Of a DNA stretch of 64,000 nt, positions 9,448 through 18,429 are shown piece after piece (the stretch's first letter is position 1; every line of letters begins with the position of its first letter). The notes beneath the pieces are model-generated. The model ran no database searches, was not told the origin of the DNA, and saw only the letters and a program-made list of their open reading frames with translations. Origin of the DNA: Candidatus Bathyarchaeota archaeon (GTDB lineage: Archaea; Thermoproteota; Bathyarchaeia; 40CM-2-53-6); NCBI GenBank assembly GCA_005881615.1, contig VBBR01000032.1, positions 3,183-67,182 of the forward strand. Reading direction: 5' to 3'. The translations under genes and the position numbers were made by a program.

Positions 9448-10158
9448 GCGGGGTCTATGGCTATTAGGTCAGGGTTTGGGCCAGATCTTTATGGCCTGAT
9501 CGGCAAGCGTCTGGGCTCTTTGAGCTATGGACTCCTGATTCCATGTCTGATACTTGGCAACTTGCTTGTTCAGCTCAAGATTGCTGGTCGAGTAGGTTTG
9601 CTTCTTCTCCGAGAATGGCCTGTTTGGACAACTCAGGGTTGTATGCTGATAGGGTAAGGTTGCCTAGCGTGTGGAGCCATGCTTGATGAACTTCTTCATA
9701 ATTCGCGCCGAGATCCTTGACCCAGGGGGTCGTTCAAGGTTTGAGGCATGATGTGCTCGACCTGCGTGTTCTCTAGAAGAGCGGGTTCTTTGTGATGATA
9801 GCTCCCTTCCAGGGAAGAGAGAATGTTCCAAGCACCCAGTCCCATGTATAGTTGGGCTGTCTTGAGACCCTAAGTGAAGGCGTTGTCATCAGGCCAGCCG
9901 TAATGCGTCAACCCTTGGACGAGTGATCCCAGGACATTTCCTTTGTCGACAGATTTCGAAATTGCTGGAAAGTATCTGTTCAAGGATCTTGCAGAATAGT
10001 TGAGGACGAGCCTCCGTACCAGAAAGGACTCGATGAGCTCGAGCCCTGTCGCAAAATCATTCATTGGCAAAGCGCCCTCTGAGTGTATTTCGTAGAGTTT
10101 CAGGAGCAAAGGATAGGCTGTGTTTACATCCCACCAAAAAGGATTCGCTGAATTTTTT
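9448..10158 (-). pseudogene. remnant of a GmrSD/DUF1524-type (His-Me finger, type IV restriction-like) gene, 5'-truncated at the tRNA and carrying at least three frameshifts
   Basis: Minus-strand frames give ...FATGLELIESFLVRRLV...GWPDDNAFT* / ...LENTQVEHIMPQTLNDP / WVKDLGANYEEVHQAWLHTLGNLTLSAYNPELSKQAILGEEANLLDQQS* / LNKQVAKYQTWNQESIAQRAQTLADQAIKIWPKP*. The (V/I)EHI-x-PQ ... lGNLtL...N pattern is the DUF1524 HNH-like core. The listed ORF 9870..10298 is an artefact fusing the first fragment to the antisense of the tRNA. Confidence 0.45.
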
Positions 10159-10274
10159 TGGTGGGCCCGCCCGGATTCGAACCGGGGACCGTCAGGTTTC
10201 CCGAACTTGGGGCTATGAGCCTGCCGCTCTTTCAGTTCTTCAACCTGAAGAAAACCTAGCTGAGCTACGGGCCC
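10159..10274 (-). tRNA. tRNA(CAU) (elongator Met or Ile2) with two introns (D-loop and canonical 37/38)
   Basis: Reverse complement: GGGCCCG-TA-GCTC-AGCTAGGT[TTTCTTCAGGTTGAAGAACTGAA]A-GAGC-G-GCAGG-CTCATA[GCCCCAAGTTCGGGAA]A-CCTGA-CGGTC-CCCGG-TTCGAAT-CCGGG-CGGGCCC-A-CCA. The 7-bp acceptor, T-arm, CAU anticodon and encoded CCA are all in place; both bracketed inserts can form hairpins (BHB-like). Confidence 0.7.
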
Positions 10275-10611
10275 TCCAAGAAAGCCGCTCGCACACACCT
10301 AATTCTTAATGGTTTAGCGCAGACTCAATCCTGTAACGACCTTAATTTGCGACATGTAATAGCTACTCTACGGTATCGGTAAGGTACGTTGTAGCGGTTC
10401 TTGGGACTTTTCTGATTTTGTTTGGGCTCGTTGCACGTTCTACGGGCCTGATGAAGAGTCGAAGAGACTCAAACTATGGTCTGGCGACAGTCTGGTTCAA
10501 TCCCGTTTCTCTCGGAGCGATATTCATACTGGACGGGTTTTTCGTCTTGTAGATGATGCTGCCTATCTTTTAATAAACGGGGCTTGTCGGGTTGTCGGTT
10601 GCCGCCGGCTG

Positions 10612-10760
10612 TATGCGGGCCGCCGTTCCCTCAGAGGTTTGGGGGCGCGAGCTCAGTGGTAGAGCAGCGGACTCGGCTTGTGGCTGAGGCTGAAGCTGTT
10701 AAAGTGGAAGGTCCACTGTAGCAACCCGTTGGTCACAGGTTCGAACCCTGTCGGCGGCGC
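10612..10760 (+). tRNA. tRNA with multiple non-canonical introns; best guess tRNA-Thr(UGU)
   Basis: Perfect 7-bp acceptor GCCGCCG (10612-18) / CGGCGGC (10750-56) followed by G-CCA. Canonical D-arm GCTC-AGTGGTA-GAGC, T-arm ACAGG-TTCGAAC-CCTGT, and a clean anticodon arm CTCGG-CTTGTGG-CTGAG (anticodon TGT). About 70 extra nucleotides are spread between acceptor and D-stem, before the anticodon stem, and in the variable region. Exact exon boundaries unresolved by eye. Confidence 0.5.
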
Positions 10761-11479
10761 CAACTTCGAGAAACCTAGCATTTGGCTGGGGCCACCAGAA
10801 CGACCTGAGACTTGGGTTTGCCCTTGCTCAGGCGTTCTTAAGTGATCCCTTCGTGGTTACAACATTTCTAACTGTCCGGGCCGCTACTTCTGAGCCCATA
10901 TCATCGGCTGTGAGAACGAAAGAGTTCCTTGAGTTCCATGGCACTGTCAACTCTTCGGTTGCTGTTTCTTGTTCTTCGGTCGTCTCTAACTGTTTTGTTC
11001 GAGGAGTGACCGATTATTCGTTAGGGGCGTTCGTCAGATGAGCCCTGTTACGCTTGGGGGAGGTGACTGGTTGGTTGGCCACTGTAAAATCCCTGCCTTG
11101 CAACGGGCCAAGCTACCACGCTACGGGCGTGAGGGGGCGGTTGAGGTTCGACCGTTCCCTGCCGAAAAGAGGCTCGGTGTCCCTGAGGCGCAAGGGCTCT
11201 CAGGTGAAGCAGTGAAGGGGAACCCGATGACGACGGTAATCCTCGGAGTCGATGAGAACAAGTCTAGTCTTCGAACAACCGAAGACTTGACAGAACCAGT
11301 TCCAGCAAACGCTAAGGGAGCTAGAAAGCCAGGTTCGTAAGCTCCTGAAGGAAGCAGCGGAAAGCGGTCCTTCCGAGAGAACCCGGGATCTTACTGGGAG
11401 AGTCTACGATCTGGCCGAACGAGCCAACCAAATTCGGCCCCAAGAAGCTAGGAACCAGTCTACTACCAACCAGTCAGTC

Positions 11480-11881
11480 TTGGAAAAGCTTCCCGAAGAG
11501 TTCAATGAGGATTTTGGTAGATTCAAGGCATTGGTAACCTTCGTTGAACCGGTCCGAAAGCAGCACTATAACGCCACGGGTCACAATATAGGAAGAACCT
11601 ATGGTTCCTTTGGAACCAGTGAACTCTCGCCAGGACACCACCACGGCAAGTCCGTCATCAGTACCCTAGAAATCCGTTGCGACGCCTGCGGTAACGAATC
11701 CCCCCAGTCAGAAAGAAGAGATTACCCAATTCACGTTCTGCTTCACGACCGAGAACAATGGGAAGTTTGTACCGGTCAATCCGGCTGTGAATGCCAAGGC
11801 TACGAGGGCAAGGGCGTTCGAATTGGCGTCAACCTTTCTCCTGAGAGAGTAGGGAAAAGGGAAAGAGCCCAAGCTCTCTGA
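11480..11881 (+). CDS. hypothetical Cys-rich protein (frame is open from 11291 with no canonical start before the TTG at 11480)
   Basis: C-terminal CDACGN...CTGQSGCECQGY suggests a metal-binding module. The upstream in-frame segment (QNQFQQTLRELESQVRKLLKEAAESG...) looks coiled-coil-like. ORF 11038..11340 in another frame may be part of the same gene disrupted by a frameshift. Confidence 0.3.
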   Translation: MEKLPEEFNEDFGRFKALVTFVEPVRKQHYNATGHNIGRTYGSFGTSELSPGHHHGKSVISTLEIRCDACGNESPQSERRDYPIHVLLHDREQWEVCTGQSGCECQGYEGKGVRIGVNLSPERVGKRERAQAL

Positions 11882-12155
11882 GTAGTTTTCGCATACCGCT
11901 CCACGTATAAGTCGAACTCTCGGTTTGCTGGCAAGTCACTCACTGATCATTTTTCGAACGTTCTTCCGAAAAATAGGCACGCTCTTCTCAAGAAGCGGTT
12001 TGGGAAGATTCATAATCCTTGTCGCCGTTGTGACCTAGGAAATCGCTATCCATGCAAATATGTATCAAAAGATAGAAATCGGATTGATGATTTGTCAATC
12101 CTTATTATTCGCGGCGACGAGTATCGACGATAAGGACGCTTTGACAAATGTAGAT

Positions 12156-13493
12156 ATGCGCCTCAGGGCTGATGCTGAACGACTTTCTCAGTCTTGGCTA
12201 TCAGACCGCTGGAATGGAATCCGTCGGCTTTACTCGGCCGAGGACGTCTGCAAGCTCCGGGGGACCGTCCATCCAGAGTGCACCTTGGCTCGACTCGGTG
12301 CGGAAAAGTTTGAGCGCCTCTTAAGGGACGAGGCGTACATTCCCACTCTCGGCGCTCTGACTGGGGTACAAGCTGTCCAGATGGTCCAGGCTGGGCTCAA
12401 GGCGATCTACATGAGCGGCTGGCAGGTAGCCGCAGACGCTAACCTTTCAGGCCAAACTTACCCTGACCAAAGTCTGTACCCGGCCAACAGTGTTCCGAAT
12501 CTAGTGAAGAGGATCAATCAGGCATTCCAGAGAGCCGACCAGATACAATTCGTGAGTGGCCAAGGGAGAATCGACTGGCTCGCACCGATCATTGCCGACG
12601 CAGAGGCAGGGTTCGGAGGCCCCCTCAACGCCTTCGAACTGATGAAAATGATGATAGAGGCTGGAGCGGCAGGAGTGCACTTCGAAGACCAGCTCGCTTC
12701 AGAGAAGAAATGCGGCCACCTAGGCGGAAAGGTCCTAGTTCCCACTCACCAGTTCATCAAGACTCTGATCGCGGCCCGACTTGCATCCGACATAATGGGC
12801 GTCCCAACATATCTCATCGCGCGAACAGATGCAATGGGAGCCAAACTCTTGTCGAGCGACTCCGATCCGAGAGACCTGCCTTACATGACCGGTGAGAGAA
12901 CCGCGGAGGGTTTCTACAGAATCAAGCCCGGCATAGAGGCTGCCATTGCGCGAGGTATGAGCTACGCGCCTTACGCTGACATCCTGTGGTGTGAGACTTC
13001 CACTCCGGACCTTGAGGAGGCGAGAAGGTTCGCAGATGCTGTTCACAGAGTGTTCCCTGGAAAGCTGCTAGCATACAATTGCTCGCCATCATTCAATTGG
13101 GAGAAACATCTGGATCCGGAGAGCATTCGGCGTTTTCAGAGAGAACTGGGCATGATGGGTTACAAGTTCCAGTTCGTCACATTGGCCGGTTTCCACAGTC
13201 TCTCAGTATCCATGTTCGAGCTGGCGAAACAGTACGCTGTTGAAGGAATGGCGGCATATGTTCGCGTCCAGAGGAAAGAGTTCGAAGCCGAACCTGCAGG
13301 CTACACCGCGGTGAAGCACCAGGCGTTTGTGGGAACAGAATACTTCGACGAGGTCGCAAACGTAATCTCGAGCGGAATGTCTTCGACCACAGCCATGAGC
13401 GAATCTACTGAAGCGGTCCAGTTCAAAGAACAATCCGTTCTGGTACCGCCTCCAGTTTCAAGCACCAAATCTGACCGAGACCGGAACCAGTAG
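12156..13493 (+). CDS. aceA: isocitrate lyase
   Basis: ...[13 protein letters not shown]...[11 protein letters not shown]...[20 protein letters not shown] carries the ICL signature K-K-C-G-H. Start placed at the Met of [14 protein letters not shown], where homology to ICL N-termini begins (ORF-track start 12060). Confidence 0.85.
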   Translation: MRLRADAERLSQSWLSDRWNGIRRLYSAEDVCKLRGTVHPECTLARLGAEKFERLLRDEAYIPTLGALTGVQAVQMVQAGLKAIYMSGWQVAADANLSGQTYPDQSLYPANSVPNLVKRINQAFQRADQIQFVSGQGRIDWLAPIIADAEAGFGGPLNAFELMKMMIEAGAAGVHFEDQLASEKKCGHLGGKVLVPTHQFIKTLIAARLASDIMGVPTYLIARTDAMGAKLLSSDSDPRDLPYMTGERTAEGFYRIKPGIEAAIARGMSYAPYADILWCETSTPDLEEARRFADAVHRVFPGKLLAYNCSPSFNWEKHLDPESIRRFQRELGMMGYKFQFVTLAGFHSLSVSMFELAKQYAVEGMAAYVRVQRKEFEAEPAGYTAVKHQAFVGTEYFDEVANVISSGMSSTTAMSESTEAVQFKEQSVLVPPPVSSTKSDRDRNQ

Positions 13494-13495
13494 GT

Positions 13496-15109
13496 TTGCA
13501 CTTATCCGACGAAACGAAAAGCCAATCCGCGCTAGCACTGGAACCGCGAAGCCTCAAAATTACAGGGCCCCACATACAGGGTTTAGAAGAGATACTGACA
13601 CCTGACGCTTTAGCCTTTGTCGGAGATCTTGTTCTAGAATTTTCTCCACGTCTCGAGTCGCTACTGGGGAAGAGAATGATCGTTCACGAGAATCTCCGAA
13701 ACGGAGCACTTCCCGATTTTCTGGAAGAGACACGTGAAATTAGAACATCCGAATGGAAAGTCGGACCTATCCCACCTGATCTTCGACAAAGACGGGTAGA
13801 GATCACTGGCCCGGTCGACCGGAAGATGGTGATAAACGCGCTCAACTCTGGCGCTGATGTCTACATGGCCGATTTCGAGGACTCCCACTCGCCGACCTGG
13901 GAGGGAACCGTTCAGGGCCAAGCTAACCTTCGAGACGCGGTAGACCGGACCATTAGATACACTGGTCCTGACGGCCGAGAGTACAAGTTAGGTGAGAAAC
14001 TTGCAACTCTCATGGTGCGGCCTCGAGGCTTACACCTAATTGAGAAACATGTTCTAATCGAGTCCCGCCCGATTCCAGCTTTCCTCTTCGACTACGGCCT
14101 CTTTCTCTACCACAACGCCAATAAATTGATCAGGCAAGGGACCGGGCCGTACTTCTACATCCCGAAACTCGAGAGCTATCTAGAAGCCCGCCTCTGGAAC
14201 GACATCTTCGACTACTCTGAGAAAACCCTCAAGCTTCCGCGCGCCGGCATAAAGTGCAGTGTTCTAATCGAAACAATTCTAGCCGGATTCCAGATGGACG
14301 AAGTCCTCTACCAATTGCGCGAGAGGATTACAGCCCTCAACCTCGGCCGCTGGGACTACATCTTTAGCCTGATCAAATTCCTGGGCCACGACCCGAGATT
14401 TCTAGTTCCCGAAAGACCCCTCCTCCCCATGACAGCACCCTTCCTCAAGTCCAGCTCCGTTCTATTGGCCCAATCCTGCCACCGACGAGGCGCCTACGCA
14501 ATCGGAGGGATGGCTGCCCAGGTCCCCATCAAAGGCGACCCCCGTTCCCAGGAAGCCATCGACAAAGTAGTCGCTGATAAGACGCGGGAAGTTGCTGAGG
14601 GATACGAGGGCGCTTGGGTCGCCCATCCTGGTCTGGTACCAGTCGTGATGAATGTCTTCGACAGCCGTCCTGTAGAATCTAAGAACATTGAAGCGATTAC
14701 GGAGATAAGCCGCGAGGATCTCCTCAAAGTGCCCGAGCCAAAGATAAGCGAACAGTCTCTAAGAGCAAATGTCGCTGTCAGCCTAAAGTATCTAGAATCC
14801 TGGCTGGGAGGTCTCGGTTGCGTCGCAATCAACAACCTAATGGAAGACACTGCCACGGTGGAAATATGCAGAGCCCAGATCTGGCAGTGGATTCATCACT
14901 CCGCCAAGCTTCTTGACGGCCAGACGATTACGCGCGAGCTGTTCAGGAGAATTTTGAGGGAAGAAACGGCCAGAATAAGTGGAGGAGTCAAATCGCAAGC
15001 CGACGCAGAACCCAATTTCAAGATCGCAGGAGATCTGCTTGACTCACTTGTGACTAGTGATACCTTTTCCGAGTTCATCACGCTGCTCGCCTACAACTAT
15101 CTAAGCTGA
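13496..15109 (+). CDS. aceB: malate synthase A
   Basis: RRVEITGPVDRKMVINALNSGADVYMADFEDSHSPTW plus the length (537 aa) are typical of malate synthase A. Starts 3 nt after the aceA stop. Confidence 0.85.
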   Translation: MHLSDETKSQSALALEPRSLKITGPHIQGLEEILTPDALAFVGDLVLEFSPRLESLLGKRMIVHENLRNGALPDFLEETREIRTSEWKVGPIPPDLRQRRVEITGPVDRKMVINALNSGADVYMADFEDSHSPTWEGTVQGQANLRDAVDRTIRYTGPDGREYKLGEKLATLMVRPRGLHLIEKHVLIESRPIPAFLFDYGLFLYHNANKLIRQGTGPYFYIPKLESYLEARLWNDIFDYSEKTLKLPRAGIKCSVLIETILAGFQMDEVLYQLRERITALNLGRWDYIFSLIKFLGHDPRFLVPERPLLPMTAPFLKSSSVLLAQSCHRRGAYAIGGMAAQVPIKGDPRSQEAIDKVVADKTREVAEGYEGAWVAHPGLVPVVMNVFDSRPVESKNIEAITEISREDLLKVPEPKISEQSLRANVAVSLKYLESWLGGLGCVAINNLMEDTATVEICRAQIWQWIHHSAKLLDGQTITRELFRRILREETARISGGVKSQADAEPNFKIAGDLLDSLVTSDTFSEFITLLAYNYLS

Positions 15110-15387
15110 CAAACTGTCCGACCGAAGCGAGCGTGCAAAGGGGCTTTTTCCAAACATTTCCAAAAATAAGCATACTCTTTCTAGACCCCCGGGGTGGTCG
15201 ATTTTCGCGTGTCCCGCCTTCCTGAAAACCTTCCAAAAAAAGGATCTATTCTTGGATAATCGTAACCATGTCGGTTACTATTGTCCATACTATGGATGCG
15301 TGGGTACCGACACGAATTATAAGCCGATTCCGCTAGTAGTCATCTAACGAACAGAAAAGCTACGAGCTTGTTTGTTGGTTTTAGCAA

Positions 15388-15699
15388 ATGAAGCTTGACC
15401 AAGGACCTTCCGGAGAGCTAACTGTCCTAGATTCAGGATACACAGACCAAGTCTTACTAGATTGTGTCAGCGAGGAGTATCTGCGGATCAAAGCGATCAT
15501 CTACAACTCGCTCAACGACATGAACAAGCTCTTCCTGGTCGACCGGGCGTTGTACACGAACAGTCCGGAGAGACCCCTCTTCATGGAGCTGACACCCCAA
15601 AACATGTCGGCCATGAGAAAGCCCCTAGTGATCTCGGAAGTGAAACTGTACAGCGTGGAGAGGACTTGGGGTCTATCCACACTTAGAATGATGAAGTAA
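15388..15699 (+). CDS. hypothetical protein
   Basis: 103-aa ORF without recognisable motifs; sits between aceB and albA. Confidence 0.3.
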   Translation: MKLDQGPSGELTVLDSGYTDQVLLDCVSEEYLRIKAIIYNSLNDMNKLFLVDRALYTNSPERPLFMELTPQNMSAMRKPLVISEVKLYSVERTWGLSTLRMMK

Positions 15700-15704
15700 G
15701 ATTT

Positions 15705-15989
15705 TCAGTCGTTTCTTGTCAGAACAATCTCTATGGTGGACACGTTCCGCTGTTCGTCTCCCTCGCCAAGCAACTCAGTCGCAATCTTAACTTCCTTGAT
15801 AACCAGCTTGCCCTGGAAGAACCGGTTCCTAACGACCTCGACAACATCCACGGCGTGGCTGATCGATTGACCACGGGCCTTGACCGTTATTTGTTTGGAA
15901 CCCATGTTGAAGTGCATCATGACAGCCGTAGCATAGGCCATCAAAGGCTTCTTTCCGATGAATACTACGTCCGGCGGAGCCCTGTTCAT
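15705..15989 (-). CDS. albA: Alba (Sso10b-type) DNA/RNA-binding protein
   Basis: MNRAPPDVVFIGKKPLMAYATAVMMHFNMGSKQITVKARGQSISHAVDVVEVVRNRF...VSTIEIVL is the canonical Alba fold sequence. The ORF-track version (to 16076) adds a spurious 29-aa basic leader. Confidence 0.8.
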   Translation of the reverse strand: MNRAPPDVVFIGKKPLMAYATAVMMHFNMGSKQITVKARGQSISHAVDVVEVVRNRFFQGKLVIKEVKIATELLGEGDEQRNVSTIEIVLTRND

Positions 15990-16223
15990 AGGACGTGCAG
16001 GATGTGTCTCAGGGGTTCTTTCCGGGGTTCGTTCTGTACGTGCGGGACGTTTCGGTTCAGTTTTTTCCACTTGCAAACACTAGCCTCTTTGAATCCTTAC
16101 GGTAACGAAGCGGGGAAGGTTCTCGCGACTTAAGCCTTTGCGCACCAACGGTTGCGGAAGAAGAAGAGAAAAAAAGAGAAATTGGGAATTTTGGAGGGGA
16201 GAACGTTCCCCCGAGACGTTGTT

Positions 16224-17354
16224 CTAGATAATGTCTCGGGTGAGAGCTTCTCGGAACTTGACCCTGCAGTCTTGGCACTGGAAGAGGCCGATCAACACGT
16301 TCTTCTTGGATTTGCCGCCTTTGAGTTCCCAGACCTTTGCAGCCTTGGGAACGTCAGCGCCGCACTTTGGACAGACAACCTTGTAGAACTGGCTTGGCAG
16401 CTGTAGGCTTGGCTGGGCCATGTCGGGTCCTGAGGGGATGCCTGGGACAGTTTCGGTGCCAGGGATTGTTGGTGAGATCTCGCTCTCTGTTGTTGCGATC
16501 GCTGAGGAAGCTTCGAGAGTAGGCATGTCATCGACGACTTTGACGACAAGCGCGTCAGCAACATCCTCAACGTATTCCTGAGCTGGTGCTGCATTGAAAG
16601 AATCTTCGACGATGGGTGTGCTTGCTTGAGTCAATGGAATAATTGGGGCTGCGATGGTATCCTCAGAGACTACGGATAGTGGTTGAGCCTGCTCTTGGAC
16701 CGGTGGGGTGAACACCGGAGTCGGAACGGAGACTGGAGCGCTAGTCGGAGCATTGTTTGTTTGAGGATTCGTCCAGGTTGAACCGTTACTGGATGGCTGG
16801 GGCGGGACGGGTGTTGTCGGGGGAGCCCATGGTCTCTCGGAGACAATGGAGCTCGCAGCGAACTTGACGCTTGGCGAAGTGGGCGTCGGTGCTGGTGCTT
16901 GTTGTGCTGGAGATGGTGTCTGTTGTGGAGCATTCCGTGCCCATTCCTCGATGAGAGTTCGTGGAGCCGGTGGATTGGCCTGTTTGAAGTCGGCTGGTGC
17001 TAGGGGTCTGGTCTCAATGTGGGTTAGGACCTCGATCATGTCTTTGATTTCTTCGATGCTGTGGAGGTTTCGCTGTAGGAGGCCCTTGAACTCTTCGCGT
17101 TGTCCGCGGTATTCTTGTTCGCTGACTTCACCGGTAACGTATTTCGTTTCTAGATTCAGCAGTCGTTGTGGTGTGCTGCCGATCTGGTCCTTTGTCTCTT
17201 TGAGGTGCTCGTTCAACGTGTATCCTAGCACGTTGATTCTGTCTTGGAGGTCTTGTGAGGCTCGTCCGTATTCCTCGTATATGGTCCGCATTTTTTCTTT
17301 GTAGCCGTTGATCTCGCTGATTAACTTCTCTAGAGTTAGATCGTTTAGTACCAT
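16224..17354 (-). CDS. coiled-coil / Pro-Thr-Ala-Gln-rich linker / C-terminal C4 zinc-ribbon protein
   Basis: 376 aa: N-terminal ~120-aa heptad-like segment, ~170-aa low-complexity P/T/A/Q-rich region, C-terminal KVVCPKCGADVPKAAKVWELKGGKSKKNVLIGLFQCQDCRVKF (CxxC-x19-CxxC). Divergently transcribed from the cdv array. Confidence 0.6.
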   Translation of the reverse strand: MVLNDLTLEKLISEINGYKEKMRTIYEEYGRASQDLQDRINVLGYTLNEHLKETKDQIGSTPQRLLNLETKYVTGEVSEQEYRGQREEFKGLLQRNLHSIEEIKDMIEVLTHIETRPLAPADFKQANPPAPRTLIEEWARNAPQQTPSPAQQAPAPTPTSPSVKFAASSIVSERPWAPPTTPVPPQPSSNGSTWTNPQTNNAPTSAPVSVPTPVFTPPVQEQAQPLSVVSEDTIAAPIIPLTQASTPIVEDSFNAAPAQEYVEDVADALVVKVVDDMPTLEASSAIATTESEISPTIPGTETVPGIPSGPDMAQPSLQLPSQFYKVVCPKCGADVPKAAKVWELKGGKSKKNVLIGLFQCQDCRVKFREALTRDII

Positions 17355-17689
17355 TTTTTTTCATCCTAGGGAAGCGACTTCTATGAGGTAAAATGGTAAA
17401 AGCGTTCAACCGCAAAAACCTCTGAAAACAGGGGTTGTAAACCCAGAATCAGCAATTTGGTAGAAACAAGACTGTCAATGATGCGCGCTGAATTGACCTG
17501 TTTTTAACTAGCAATGCTAAACTGGGATTGGGGAAAACACAACTTCCTACCAATTTTCTGACACCGCATATAAACCAAAACCGTCCTGTGGCCCGCACAA
17601 CATCCCCGCCGAATATCTGTTGACAACATGCAACCTATTGCCTGAGCTAGAATTTCTCTAGCCCGTATACTACGAAACCATACCCTTAC

Positions 17690-18394
17690 GTGTCAAGAAC
17701 CCACTTGGAACGCGTCCCAAGTAAACCAGCTTTCAAGATAGAAATGTCATACAAGTCCATGAAGAATTGGGACCGAGAGCAGAGAGAGCCTTTGCTCTCG
17801 AAGGTCACCGATCGCATCCACCACCAAGAACCGCTCAAGGAGAAGATCTCACAGGTCGTCTACAAGCTCAAAGTACAACAGAATAGGCTTGAAGGAGCCA
17901 ACCTCAAGACACAGCAACACGACAAGTCACTGTTCGACAAGTGCGTCCAAGCCCAGATGTCCAAAGACACCATGCGCAGCGCAATGTACGCCAACGAGAT
18001 CGCGGAGATCCGGAAAATCGCCAAAGTTACACTCAGAAGCGAACTAGCACTCGAACAAGTCGTACTCCGACTCGAAACAATCCAGGAATTCGGCGACGTC
18101 GCAGCCATGATGGGCCCAGTCGCAGGAGTAGTACACCAGATCAAGAACCAGATCGCGGGAGTCATCCCACAAGTCGGCTACGAACTAGGCGAGATCTCCG
18201 ACACACTAAACAGCGTAGTCATGGAAGTTGGCGAAGCAACGGGACAAGGCTATGATCTGGAGGCATCAGGTCCAGAAGCCTCGAAGATCATTTCTGAAGC
18301 CAACACCATAGCTGAGACACGGATGCGTGAGAAGTTCCCGGAGTTACCCTCTCCAACCGCCACTGCAGAACACGAGATAGTGATTCCAAGGTAG
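17690..18394 (+). CDS. ESCRT-III / Snf7-family protein (CdvB paralog)
   Basis: Snf7-like helical core (...ANEIAEIRKIAKVTLRSELALEQVVLRLETIQEFGDVAAMMGPVAGVVHQIKNQIAGVIP...), closely related to the ORFs at 19196 and 22831. No C-terminal winged helix. Confidence 0.75.
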   Translation: MSRTHLERVPSKPAFKIEMSYKSMKNWDREQREPLLSKVTDRIHHQEPLKEKISQVVYKLKVQQNRLEGANLKTQQHDKSLFDKCVQAQMSKDTMRSAMYANEIAEIRKIAKVTLRSELALEQVVLRLETIQEFGDVAAMMGPVAGVVHQIKNQIAGVIPQVGYELGEISDTLNSVVMEVGEATGQGYDLEASGPEASKIISEANTIAETRMREKFPELPSPTATAEHEIVIPR

Positions 18395-18429
18395 GAGTAA
18401 CTCCGACAACATTTTTTTGGTGCAAAATC

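Noticed and set aside
9870-10298. 142-aa minus-strand ORF
   Set aside because: Its first ~45 codons are the antisense of the tRNA(CAU) gene; only the distal part is real coding remnant (GmrSD/DUF1524 pseudogene). Not a genuine CDS.
15990-16076. 29-aa basic N-terminal leader on the Alba ORF (MQVEKTEPKRPARTERTPERTPETHPARP)
   Set aside because: Alba homology begins at the following Met; the leader is Arg/Pro/Thr-rich with no counterpart in Alba proteins. Trimmed, at moderate confidence.
16292-16933. Antisense/alternate-frame ORFs (16292..16594, 16337..16522, 16670..16933, 16846..17304) inside the Pro-rich protein gene
   Set aside because: Shadow ORFs produced by GC-rich, low-complexity Pro/Ala/Thr-coding sequence; the 376-aa frame has the coherent domain structure.
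17566-17576. TATA-like box (gcatataaacc) about 115 bp upstream of the first ESCRT-III gene
   Set aside because: Plausible archaeal promoter element but the distance to the ORF start is long and the true start and TSS are unknown. Not reported as a feature.
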